Source: Candidatus Midichloria mitochondrii IricVA | GTDB lineage: Bacteria > Pseudomonadota > Alphaproteobacteria > Rickettsiales > Midichloriaceae | Length of the DNA stretch: 32,000 nt | Reading direction: 5' to 3' | Assembly (NCBI RefSeq): GCF_000219355.1 | Contig: NC_015722.1 | Span: 90,001-122,000, forward strand | In this document: positions 18,872 through 30,000 of the stretch, piece after piece | How positions within the stretch are numbered: position 1 is the first letter of the stretch | Layout: each line of letters begins with the position of its first letter | Position numbers and translations under genes: made by a program | The notes under the pieces: generated by a model | The model's input: the letters and a program-made list of their open reading frames with translations, nothing else | Database searches by the model: none | Told to the model about the DNA's origin: nothing

Positions 18872-19678
18872 GGCAATGCCTGGTAATTATAGACGGCAAC
18901 AAGATGGTATGATATCTTCATAGTAGAATGGGTGAAGTAGGAAATGACAATCAAGTGTAAATATTGCGGCTCCAGCGAGCAGGTGAAGAATGGCGTGGTA
19001 TAGGGACATCAAGAGGTAAATAGGTGCAAGAATTGCAAAAAGAATTACCGAGAAGGTGATAAGCGGCAGAATACACTATGAATGATAGACTTAAAACCTA
19101 ATCTTGAGGACTGCGGGATTAGGATGATAGAGAGACTGACTGGAATCCATAACGGCCAAATATCTTCATGGATCGAAGGACGGGGGACGCTATGTGCAAG
19201 AAAAGTTAGATAAGAGCTGCAACAGCACAAAGTCACTTAAGGATATCGAGGTCCTAGAGATTGAGGAGCTGTGCACATATATAAAAAAAGACCAAAGAAT
19301 GGAAGTGGGAGTACACCTTTATATTGATTGCTGTTGATAGAGGATCAGGTGAAATTATTGATTTTGAAGGTAGGTGACGGGAGTAAGGCAACCCACCTGA
19401 ACCTGTCATTTAGGCTTTGAGGAACGTTATAAAATTGAGCATGTACAGATGATTACAGCGTTTATGAATACTACTCCACGCACCATCACAAAACAAAGGC
19501 TGGGACATCATTGTGGTAGAATCAAAGAATTCTTTAAGAGGCATTATCTAGCTAGTTTTAATCGAAGAACGAAGCGCTATAGCAAACCCCTGAGGATGCT
19601 TTGCGCTACTCTTACCCTCTTCTTCCATAGGCATTTGCTGGATTTGAAACTTCTATCTATAAAATATTAGGCAATGCC
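18872..19678 (+). mobile_element. IS1-family insertion sequence, full-length (807 bp) but inactivated by stops and frameshifts (copy 1)
   Basis: The ends form imperfect inverted repeats: GGCAATGCCTGGTAATTATAGA at the left, and the reverse complement of the right end is GGCATTGCCTAATATTTTATAGA. Inside are an InsA-like zinc-finger N-terminus (MTIKCKYCGSSEQVKNG...CKNCKKNYREGDKR), an HTH-like IRMIERLTGI, and InsB-like IEVLEIEELCTYIKK, IAVDRGSGEIIDFE and FNRRTKRYSKPLRML. These are scattered over different frames with in-frame stops. Confidence 0.75.
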
Positions 19679-19880
19679 AAAAGTTAAGATATTTTTAAGT
19701 TGACACTCGTTTGCTCGTCTGTTACACAACTGGCTCTTGAATTACATGCATAAAAGGGATTATGTTTCTCATTTTAAAATTGGGTTTCTTTAACTTAATC
19801 ATGCTTATTCATACTGCTCTTGTGATAAAAAAATTTTCAATCAGCTAATAAACCACATTCTTTTTACTGCAACTTTCAAA

Positions 19881-21197
19881 TTGACTATGCACTACTTCTT
19901 TAGTTTTTTAGAGTTATTAGACAATCTGCTGTGGGATTATCTAGCATTAGCAATTATACTATTTGCTGGCTTATATTTCACAATAAAATCGCGCTTATAT
20001 CAAGTTAAGGTGATATTAAATATCAAGACCCACTTTAAATCATTAATTGCAGACGCTGATAAAAACAAAGCAGGAGTACATCCTATAAAGTTATATTTTG
20101 CGTCGTTAGGTGGAATGGTTGGTATAGGCAACTTAGTAGCTGTCATGTCAACAGTCACAATAGGTGGCCCTGGAAGTTTGATATGGCTCTGGATCGCCTC
20201 TTTTATAGGCATGATAGTAAAATACTCTGAGATATATCTTGGAATAAAACATAGAAAAGCTAATACTAAAAACGGCTATGATGGTGGCCCCATGTATTAT
20301 TTAGAGAAGGCTTTTGGCAATAAGGTTATTCCGATAATATTTTGCTTATTATTTTGCGTATATGGAGCAGAAGTCAGTCAATTTTTAATTATTACCGACA
20401 CTTTTGCTACTACTTTTAATATGAATAGAATTGTAGTTATTTCTACTCTTCTGGGGCTGGTACTTTTAAGCGCATTAGGCGGAGTAAAAAGATTAGCTAA
20501 TATTTGTTCAGTACTATTACCCCCTTTTTTAGCTATTTATATATTGATTGCTATATATATATTTATATTAAATCTGGAGAAGTTACCCAGCCTGTTTCTT
20601 AGTATAGTAACTTCTGCATTCACAAGTCATGCATCGATAGGAGGCTTTGTAGGCAGTACTGCATTATTAGCCGCCCATTATGGGGTTTCCCGCGCTGTTT
20701 ACTCAGGAGACATAGGTATTGGGTATGATGCAACAGTGCTTAGCGAATCTCAAACCGAGTACCCAGAAAAACAAGCACGTATGGCAATTTTTGCGCTTTT
20801 CGCTGATACTATGTTATGCACTATTAGCGTCTTGATTGTACTTTTGACTGAAGTCTGGAATATTCCAAATATTAAACTTTCTGAATATATTATTTTAGGA
20901 CTTTCTACAGTTATACCGTATGCGGAAATATTCATGGCTATTGTATTTTTTATAGCCGGATTCACAACCATTATAGGCTACTTAGTAGTAGGCCAAAAGT
21001 GTGCTAAATTTATTAATAGAAGGTATGGCCGTATAATTTATATTTTATATGCAATACTGGCATTTATATTTTTCTCATTTCATGATCAATCAATGGTTAT
21101 GCTGATCATGAGTGTTTCTGGTGGATCCCTACTTATTCTTAACCTCCTAGGGCTATTTAAATTAAGAAATCAGATAAAGTTTCCTGAAAATGACTAG
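19881..21197 (+). CDS. sodium:alanine (amino acid:cation) symporter family protein
   Basis: 438 aa polytopic protein. FASLGGMVGIGNLVAVMSTVTIGGPGSLIWLWIASFIGMIVKYSE matches the AGCS-family signature (G..GTGN..GVA.A...GGPGA.FWMW). The ATG at 19887 is an alternative start. Confidence 0.8.
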   Translation: MTMHYFFSFLELLDNLLWDYLALAIILFAGLYFTIKSRLYQVKVILNIKTHFKSLIADADKNKAGVHPIKLYFASLGGMVGIGNLVAVMSTVTIGGPGSLIWLWIASFIGMIVKYSEIYLGIKHRKANTKNGYDGGPMYYLEKAFGNKVIPIIFCLLFCVYGAEVSQFLIITDTFATTFNMNRIVVISTLLGLVLLSALGGVKRLANICSVLLPPFLAIYILIAIYIFILNLEKLPSLFLSIVTSAFTSHASIGGFVGSTALLAAHYGVSRAVYSGDIGIGYDATVLSESQTEYPEKQARMAIFALFADTMLCTISVLIVLLTEVWNIPNIKLSEYIILGLSTVIPYAEIFMAIVFFIAGFTTIIGYLVVGQKCAKFINRRYGRIIYILYAILAFIFFSFHDQSMVMLIMSVSGGSLLILNLLGLFKLRNQIKFPEND

Positions 21198-21269
21198 ATT
21201 TTATTGCAACTTTGATATAGATTCCTCTAACTAATATTTTAACAAATTTATTTATCAACATATCAAGTA

Positions 21270-23195
21270 ATGATTAATATTCACTTACTAGATGGAAGTA
21301 CGCGATCTTTCGAAGCGCCTCTAAGTGGTTTAGATGTAGCTGAAAGCATAAGCAAGAGTTTAGCCAAAAAAGCCATCGCTATTAAAGTTAACGGGGCTTT
21401 GAAAGATCTAGATACTATTATTGAAGAAGATGCAAAAATAGAAATAGTAACGCCGGGCTCTAGTGAAGGTTTAGAAGTAATTAGACATGATGCTGCGCAT
21501 GTATTAGCACAAGCTGTAAAAGAACTTTTTCCTGAGGCGCAAGTTACAATAGGGCCCGTAATAGAAAACGGCTTTTATTATGATTTTGCGAAAAGTACCC
21601 CATTTCATGCAGAAGACCTTCAAGTCATTGAAAAAAAGATGCTTGAAATTATTAATGCTAACCAAAAAATCATTAGGAAAGTAGTTTCAAAAAAAGAGGC
21701 CATTGAATATTTTAAATCTATTGGAGAATTCTATAAAATTGAATTAATCGAAGCCATACCTGATAATGAAGAAGTGAGCATTTATTGGCAAGGTGATTTC
21801 GCAGATTTATGTAGAGGTCCACATGCTCCTTCGACCGGTTTTATCAAAGCCTTTAAATTAATGAAAATTTCAGGTTCTTACTGGCGCGGCGATAGTAAAA
21901 ATGCTGCTTTACAAAGAATATATGGTACGGCATGGGCGACTACAGCTGATTTAGGTAATTATCTTCATATGCTTGAAGAAGCTGAAAAGAGAGAGCACCG
22001 TAAACTTGGTAAAGAAATGGATTTGTTCCACTTCCAAGAAGAAGCTCCGGGCGCTGTATTCTGGCATCCAAAAGGCTGGAAGTTGTTTCAGACTTTGGTC
22101 AATTACATGAGACTTAAGCAAGATAAAGCTGGCTATTTAGAGATTTCTACTCCTGAGATCATGGATAAATGTTTGTGGGAAGAATCGGGGCATTGGGAAA
22201 AATTTGGGGATAACATGTTTACTGCTCATGCTGCAGACGAAAAAGTATATGCGGTGCGGCCGATGAACTGTCCGGGCGGAATCCAGGTTTTCAAACGGGG
22301 TATTGTTAGTTATAGAGGTTTACCGCTGCGTTTGTCAGAATTTGGTAAAGTACATCGGTATGAGCCATCTGGCTCTTTACACGGCTTGATGCGAGTACGT
22401 GCATTTACTCAGGATGATGCGCATATTTTTTGTACTGAAGATCAACTACAGGAAGAGAGTCTCAAAGTATGTCAGTTAGTTTTTGAGATATATAGGGATT
22501 TTGGTTTCGACGCTATAAAGGTGAAGTTCTCCACAAGGCCAGAAAAGCGCCTTGGCTCTGACGAGATTTGGGATAAGTCAGAAGCAGCTCTACTCAGCTC
22601 ATTACAAGCACTTGGAACCGAATTTGCTTTAAACCTCGGTGAAGGAGCATTTTATGGACCTAAGCTTGAATTTGTCTTAAGAGATGCCATAGGCCGTGAT
22701 TGGCAGCTTGGTACCCTTCAGGTTGACCTGAACTTGCCTGGAAGGCTTGGAGCATACTATACAGGTCAAGATGGTAACAGATACCACCCTGTGATGTTAC
22801 ACCGTGCTTTATTCGGCTCTTTAGAGCGCTTTATAGGCATTCTAATTGAACACTATGCAGGAAAACTCCCGCTTTGGCTTGCCCCAATCAAAGTAGCAGT
22901 TATTACTATAACATCGGATGTTGCTGATTATGCTAATGAAATAGCCACAATTTTAGCTGATAATGGCATAGAACATATTGTTGATACTAAGGGTGAAACA
23001 TTAAATTATAAAATAAAACAGTACTCATCAGTAAAAGTCCCTATAATATTGATAGTTGGAAGAAATGAGGCAAAAGATCGTACGGCTTCAATAAGACGTA
23101 TTGGGTCATCAGACCAACAAAATATGAATTTAAACGAATTTATAACACAAGTAGTAGCGGAATCTCGCAGTCCAGCTAATATATTTAAGAGGTAG
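21270..23195 (+). CDS. thrS: threonine--tRNA ligase
   Basis: 641 aa with an N-terminal TGS domain and class II core motifs (HRKLGKEMDLF, FRHEPSG-like VHRYEPSGSLHGLMRVRAFTQDDAHIF, MLHRALFGSLERFIGILIEHYAGKLPLWLAP). Confidence 0.95.
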   Translation: MINIHLLDGSTRSFEAPLSGLDVAESISKSLAKKAIAIKVNGALKDLDTIIEEDAKIEIVTPGSSEGLEVIRHDAAHVLAQAVKELFPEAQVTIGPVIENGFYYDFAKSTPFHAEDLQVIEKKMLEIINANQKIIRKVVSKKEAIEYFKSIGEFYKIELIEAIPDNEEVSIYWQGDFADLCRGPHAPSTGFIKAFKLMKISGSYWRGDSKNAALQRIYGTAWATTADLGNYLHMLEEAEKREHRKLGKEMDLFHFQEEAPGAVFWHPKGWKLFQTLVNYMRLKQDKAGYLEISTPEIMDKCLWEESGHWEKFGDNMFTAHAADEKVYAVRPMNCPGGIQVFKRGIVSYRGLPLRLSEFGKVHRYEPSGSLHGLMRVRAFTQDDAHIFCTEDQLQEESLKVCQLVFEIYRDFGFDAIKVKFSTRPEKRLGSDEIWDKSEAALLSSLQALGTEFALNLGEGAFYGPKLEFVLRDAIGRDWQLGTLQVDLNLPGRLGAYYTGQDGNRYHPVMLHRALFGSLERFIGILIEHYAGKLPLWLAPIKVAVITITSDVADYANEIATILADNGIEHIVDTKGETLNYKIKQYSSVKVPIILIVGRNEAKDRTASIRRIGSSDQQNMNLNEFITQVVAESRSPANIFKR

Positions 23196-23198
23196 TTT

Positions 23199-23711
23199 AT
23201 AAACACTAAAATTTCTATACGCGTCAATCACCAGATTAACGGCGAAATAAGATTGATAGATGAAAATGGCAATATGGTTGGTATCCTGCAGGCCAAAGAG
23301 GCTTTTTCGCTAGCGCAACAAAGAGGGTTTGATCTAGTTGAAATTTCACCAAATGCAGCTCCTCCTATATGTAAAATAATGGATTTTGGCAAATATAAAT
23401 ATGAGCAGCAGAAAAAGCAACATGCTGCCCGCCTAAAACAAAAAACTGTAGAAACAAAAGAGTTAAAATTACGCCCAACTATTGCTGAAGGCGATTATGC
23501 TGTCAAACTGCGCAGTTTAAAGAAGTTTATTGATAATGGCAACAAAGTAAGAGTTCTCATAGTCTTTAAAGGTAGAGAAATTACTCATAATGAAATAGGA
23601 TTTGCATTAGCAAATAAGCTTGTTGAAGATACTAGTGAATTTGCAAAGCCTGATTCTCTGCCGAAGCTTGAAGGAAAACAAATACTTATGACTTTTTCAG
23701 CATTGAAGTGA
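23199..23711 (+). CDS. infC: translation initiation factor IF-3, probably with a non-AUG start (ATA 23199 or ATT 23211)
   Basis: The ORF-track start (TTG 23253) removes the conserved N-terminus. The frame is open back to the thrS stop and reads INTKISIRVNHQINGEIRLIDENG, matching the IF-3 motif RIN.EIR...VRLI. AAGAGG at 23187-23192 lies 6 nt before ATA 23199. IF-3 genes classically use AUU/AUA starts. Confidence 0.8.
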   Translation: MNTKISIRVNHQINGEIRLIDENGNMVGILQAKEAFSLAQQRGFDLVEISPNAAPPICKIMDFGKYKYEQQKKQHAARLKQKTVETKELKLRPTIAEGDYAVKLRSLKKFIDNGNKVRVLIVFKGREITHNEIGFALANKLVEDTSEFAKPDSLPKLEGKQILMTFSALK

Positions 23712-23780
23712 TGCCGCTCGTAAAACCCGCCTTTGCCGACAAAGAAGGATTATGAAGCAAACCCCAATCATTCAATAGAG

Positions 23781-24038
23781 CTACGCTCCAGATGAACCTT
23801 CCGTAGTGTTATCTAGGTCTTCAAATTCATACCCCCATGTCTCTGTTCTCCATAAAGAGCAGAATCGAGTGAAGTGCCCGTTGCCGATGGTCTCATTAAC
23901 TTCATATAGATGCGAATTCCAAGGCGCATCTGGGTTGCTTCGGTTCAGGAAGTTCCTCCATATTTGTACTGAACCTGCATCCTGAGTGTCGCCACAAAGC
24001 CTTGGGTTCCAAGGGGCGGCTACAGGCCCTGGAGGCTT
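23781..24038 (-). pseudogene. 85-codon open fragment of an unidentified gene, with no start codon
   Basis: My translation: KPPGPVAAPWNPRLCGDTQDAGSVQIWRNFLNRSNPDAPWNSHLYEVNETIGNGHFTRFCSLWRTETWGYEFEDLDNTTEGSSGA-stop. The DNA is GC-rich: 36 of 60 bases are G/C in 24001-24060 by hand count. No family recognised. Confidence 0.3.
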
Positions 24039-24202
24039 TTAGAGACCTCTAGCTCAACCCCCTCTCCCTTAATCTCTACCCCATAAAGTTGATCTGATTG
24101 CGGTCTGACTTACCATTGCGGTATCAGCACTTGGAAATTGATTATCTGGGAAATTACCATTTAAAAAACAAGGGATTAGACCATGTTTGCTTCATAGGCA
24201 CC

Positions 24203-25140
24203 TCAGTTTTTATGTTTACGAGAATTGCTAGTATAGAGCCTATAGCCAATCACAGCCGCTGCAGTTACTCCTAAAACTCCAATTTCCACAGTTCCAATAA
24301 TAATTGGAAGAGCTGAACCACTGCTCTTGCTCCCATCTGGAGTTTCTTCAGCTTGTGAAGTAGTTGTAGCTATTGAAAGTTGTAGCCAAAGTAAGTAGTA
24401 ACCTGTAGTTGTCGTAGTTGTAGCAGGTTGAGCGGTGGTGGTGGTAGGTGTGGTCGTAGTGCTTGGAGAAAAATTCTCAGCTAAAAGTCCCGCATAAAAC
24501 TATATATGCTTGTCCTGCTGCACTCTTACCATTCGGGTCAGCTCTATGAGCTCCAATTATTATATCCGTGAACCCATCTTTATTTATATCTCCTGCTTTT
24601 GATACAAATATTCCAGCTTCGTTACTAGCTGCTATACCGTTAATCATAAAACCATTTACCATTTAATGATGCAAGCTTTAGATATGGAGTAAAAGAAGAA
24701 GCGCCATATACATAATATATGATCGTCCAGCACGATTTCTGCCCCCTGGATCGGCCTCCACTGCAACCAATAATTAAAATCAGCAAAGCCCCATCTTATT
24801 TGCATCTCCTGCAAAAGCAACTGACCTTCCAGCATTATTACCGTTTGCGATACCGTTAATAATAAATCCATTACTGCCGTTAAGACTTGATAACTCTAAA
24901 GAAAAAGTAAAAGATGATTTACCAAATACTACATACATATGCTTGCACTGCCAAAGTCCTGCCACTTGGAGCGGCCTAGGTCGCTTGCCAATTACTGCAT
25001 CATCCACTCCCATCACCGTTCCACACCACCGGCCGCCGACACCGAGTGTCCAGCTCCATTATTAACATTAATCCCATTAATCGCTACCCCAAAAGCGGTT
25101 GAGGTTAAGAGCGATGATAATTCGAATACACCATTTGCCA
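24203..25140 (-). pseudogene. FG-GAP (integrin-alpha-like) repeat surface protein with Thr-rich linker and C-terminal TM anchor, disrupted by several frameshifts and stops
   Basis: Reading from the ATG at 25140 there are four successive repeats of the pattern L.SLNG.NGF.INGIA...AG.SV..AGD.NKDGF.D.IIG......G..YVVFG.SSF. This requires at least four frame changes: a stop after GGVER, after ANKMGLC, after the GKWFYD segment, and the GTFS stop. The tail then reads TTTTPTTTTAQPATTTTTTG...LPIIIGTVEIGVLGVTAAAVIGYRLY...KHKN-stop at 24203. Confidence 0.65.
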
Positions 25141-25359
25141 TAAATAAGCTCCTTAATTAAGGTTGATAGTGAACTTCAAGGTACGAAGCTGAACACCAGC
25201 AAGCGCCGAGTTTAGCTCTAAAATTTCTTTTGGGCTGTTTTTTGAAGAGAGGTATAATATAGAGAAAAACAGACCCAACGAACCGTCATAATATATTGTT
25301 TTATCTAAAAAAGCCAAAAATAATCCCCCTAATTCTTGGGCGCAAACTCCATGTCAAGC

Positions 25360-26355
<996 letters not shown>

Positions 26356-26467
26356 TTATTTAAAAACTCCCAATAAACTTTTTGTGGTTAGTATAATGCA
26401 AATCTTTAATCCTGGCACCCTATAATTAGTTTTCTATATGGAAAGCCTAAAGAACCATAGCAGCTAA

Positions 26468-27032
26468 ACTTACCAGAGCGGCCAAAAGGTTGAACCCTAT
26501 GTAGACCAAGGAACAGCAGGAATGACAGATACATCTAAATATATCAATCAGTTAATGCAAGAAAGCATTGTAAATGCTAATGAGCACCCTACTGCGGATT
26601 CAAGCGTAGTTGAAGCTGTAGTTATGACAGCACCATTACACACATGATACGTTGAGGTCAATAGCGGCAACCGAAGTAGCTGAAGTGGCCAGTAGGGCAC
26701 GGATAAATGTAGCACTATCTCGCCAAGATGTATGTGACCAGCCGCCGTTAGTGTTGCCTCAAGAAGGTTATGGTCAAGTCAATGTTATCAACGTAACAGT
26801 GGAAAACGGTCAGCCATGGAATTCAGCGTTATATTCTATACAAAATTTTAGTGAGTATATGTATGAAGAACCAGGAAATCCTTATACAAGTGCAACGCAC
26901 GCACTGTTGGAAGTTGATCTGAAGCTACTGATTTTAGTAAGCATGACGACGAACAGCCGGTTCCTTTTCAGAATGAAACACATGAGTGGTGGGAAATTGA
27001 TGAAACCAGCATGTAGGTTTTCATTGAAATAA
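26468..27032 (+). pseudogene. frameshifted remnant of an unidentified gene
   Basis: Three protein-like pieces in three frames: 26468-26647 (...KVEPYVDQGTAGMTDTSKYINQLMQESIVNANEHPTADSSVVEAVVMTAPLHT-stop); ORF 26652-27032; and a third-frame acidic tail EATDFSKHDDEQPVPFQNETHEWWEIDETSM-stop ending at 27016. GC-richer than the neighbouring genes. Confidence 0.35.
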
Positions 27033-27088
27033 AAGCCCTGCTATAGTAGAAGACAGTTACTACTGTTATTTGTCTTTTTTTCCTATGT

Positions 27089-30000
27089 ATGCTTAACCTT
27101 AAATATGTTACCTTTAATGATTTGTATCAAAGAGGGGGCTTAATAAAAATTGACCAAATTTTTTGCCGGGAGCTTAAAGAATTTGATGAAGGCTTGTATG
27201 ATGACTTTATCAAAGGCCGTAGTACAAATTTCGCCGACTCTGATTTACTCATCAGGTTGGCACCTTTCGTTGAGAAGTTCATAAGTAATTTGTTCGATGT
27301 CAATCTTGAAATTAATAAGCTAAAGGAAGTACAGCAAGACCTGGATATCTTATTTGAATGTAAGAGAAATTTTGTTCAAAGAAGGGTAGCTAAGCAAGTT
27401 AGCTTTACTATTGAGGAGCTCGAGAATAGTATTTCGGATGCAAAAGAGAAGCTTGCTCAAGGTGGGTTTGATTTTCATTCAGCGATTTCAATGGCGAAGT
27501 CCATTACGCAATGGCAACAGGAAAATAATGAGGAATTAATAGAGATCGCAATAATTTATGCTGCGTGGTCTTTACATAATAATAAGGATTCTCTTCTTTT
27601 TTCCTTACCAGAAAAAGTTGATTTTGAGCATTTGATCGAATTTGATGTTAGGGAAGGCATCATTAAGAAGGCGGATGAAGAATTGAGGAATAGAGACAAA
27701 TTTAATTTAAATGATAGCGGCTTAAGCAAAAGTAAGGCGGTTGGAGAGGCAAAGTATTGTATCCATTGCCATAAACAGCAAAAGGATTCATGTTCAAAAG
27801 GTCTGAAAAAGGATGAGGTAATTGCAAAAAATGGTTTAGGGATTGTTTTGCACGGCTGTCCCTTGAAGGAGAAAATATCGGAGATGAATCTATTAAGAGC
27901 GAATGGTTTAATCTTGGCTCCATTAGCGGTTGCCATTATTGATAACCCAATGCTAGCTGCAACAGGGCATAGAATATGCAATGACTGTATGAAGTCTTGT
28001 ATATACCAAAAACAAAAACCAGTTGATATTCCGTTAGTTGAAACAGAAACTTTACAAACTGTGCTAGAACTGCCATATGGCTTTGAGATATACAGTTTGC
28101 TTACTAAATGGAATCCGTTGAATTTTAAGCAGTGGCTTCCTTTGCCATATAATGATCATAAGGTTTTGGTGGTGGGTCTTGGTCCGGCTGGCTTTACTTT
28201 AGCTCATTATTTATTAAATCAAGGAGTTAGTGTTGTTGCAATTGATGGATTAAAAATTGAACCTTTAAATCAAGAATTATCAGGCATATCTGCTAATGGA
28301 ACGAGGAATGAATTTTTTCCCATCAAAAATATTAGTGATATATACGAAAACTTAAACGATAGAGTAGGGGCAGGGTTCGGTGGAGTTACAGAGTACGGTA
28401 TTACTGTGCGTTGGAATAAGAACTATTTAAAAGTTATTAGATTGTTATTAGAACGTAGAAGTAATTTTAGAATGTACGGCGGTATTAGATTTGGTAGCAA
28501 TATAACTTATGTACAGGCAAAAGAGCTAGGGTTTGATCATGTGGCCTTGGCGCTAGGGGCAGGCAGTCCAAATTTATTGAGTATACCCAATGCATTAGCA
28601 GGGGGTGTGAGGACAGCCTCAGATTTTTTGATGGCATTACAGCTTTCTGGACCTAATCGCCAACAAAATTTAGCTAATTTACAAATTGAGTTACCAATAG
28701 TAGTGGTAGGGGGAGGCCTTACCGCAGTTGATGCAGCCACGGAAAGCCTAAATTATTATGCCGAACAAGTGGAGAAATTGTTAGTTAGATATGAACTATT
28801 CGGCGACGAAATTTTTGCTAGATTGGATGAAAAAGAAAGGGATACTATTGAGAAATTTTTAGCGCATGCAAGAGAATTAAGAGCTAAACCTGACCAGAAG
28901 GCAAAAATACTGCAAAGCCTGGGAGGAGTAACAATTATATATCGGAAAAGTTTAACCGAATCACCTAGCTATAAGCTAAATCATGAAGAACTCGAAAAAG
29001 CATTGGAAGAGGGGGTTATGATAATCGACAATGCTCTGCCTCTTTCAATTGAGGTTGATCATGATAATCATTGTACTGGAATTGTGCACTCTAAAGGATT
29101 AACACCAGCTAGAACAATTTTAGTTGCAATTGGCACTAAGCCTAACACTGTTCTTGCTAAAGAAGACCCTAAGCATTTTTCGATAAAAGAAAATTATTTT
29201 GCTGATGAGAAATTAGACGATGTAAGTATACTTGGCGATTTGCATCCGAAATATGCTGGAAATGTAGTAAAAGCTATGGCTAGCGCTAAAGATAGCTATT
29301 TACCAATTATTGATAAAATGAAAAACCAAGCACCTCTAAACCGCATCAATCAACGAGAGTTTTTTAAGGATTTAGATGATTTATTATTAGCTCGAATACT
29401 TAAAGTTAATAGGTTAACCGAGAATATTGTTGAAGTGATTATTAAGGCTAAGAGTGCAGCCATGAATTTTGAACCAGGTCAGTTCTATCGATTACAAAAT
29501 TACGCGGTAAACGCTTTAAAGGGCAAATATGGTTATACTACGACTATGGAACCTTTAGCTTTAACTGGGGCACAAGTCAATAAAGAAGAGGGGAGCGTAT
29601 CTTTAATAGCTCTAGAGATGCTTGGATCTTCAAATTTTTGCCAGTATTTGCAAGAAGGGGAGTTAGTTTCATTAATGGGGCCTACTGGTATCCCTACAAC
29701 TATACCTAAAAACGAAACAGTAATGCTAGTAGGTGGAGGACTCGGAAATGCAGTATTGTTTTCAATAGGGCAGGCTATGAGAAATAATGGATGTAAGGTG
29801 TTGTATTTTGCTGGCTATAGAACATTAAATGATCGCTATAAAGAAAGCGAGATAGAAAATGCCGCTGATATTGTGGTTTGGTGCTGTGATACCAGGGCTT
29901 TGCCAAAAAATAGGGAACAAGATTTATCTTTTAATTGTAATATAGTTGAGGCAATTAGGAGGTATGGAGAGTTACAAGAAGCTGAGATTAAGTTAACTAG

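Noticed and set aside
19045-19236. Minus-strand ORFs 19045-19236 (63 aa) and 30375-30671 (98 aa) share the peptide WIPVSLSI.LIPQSSRLGF.SIIHSVF and could be taken for a small paralogous protein family.
   Set aside because: They lie antisense to the two IS1 remnants and are similar only because the underlying DNA is a repeat. The sense strand carries the recognisable IS1 InsA/InsB blocks.
19679-19880. A possible glycine riboswitch or other leader upstream of the sodium:alanine symporter, a common association in other bacteria.
   Set aside because: I found none of the conserved glycine-riboswitch core elements (paired GGAGAG...CACCG...GGGCAA-type motifs) in the 200-bp leader.
24477-25160. ORF-track entries 24477-24662, 24656-24871 and 24780-25016 (minus) and 24939-25160 (plus) as separate small genes.
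   Set aside because: The three minus-strand pieces are consecutive frames of one disrupted FG-GAP repeat gene. The plus-strand ORF is its antisense shadow.
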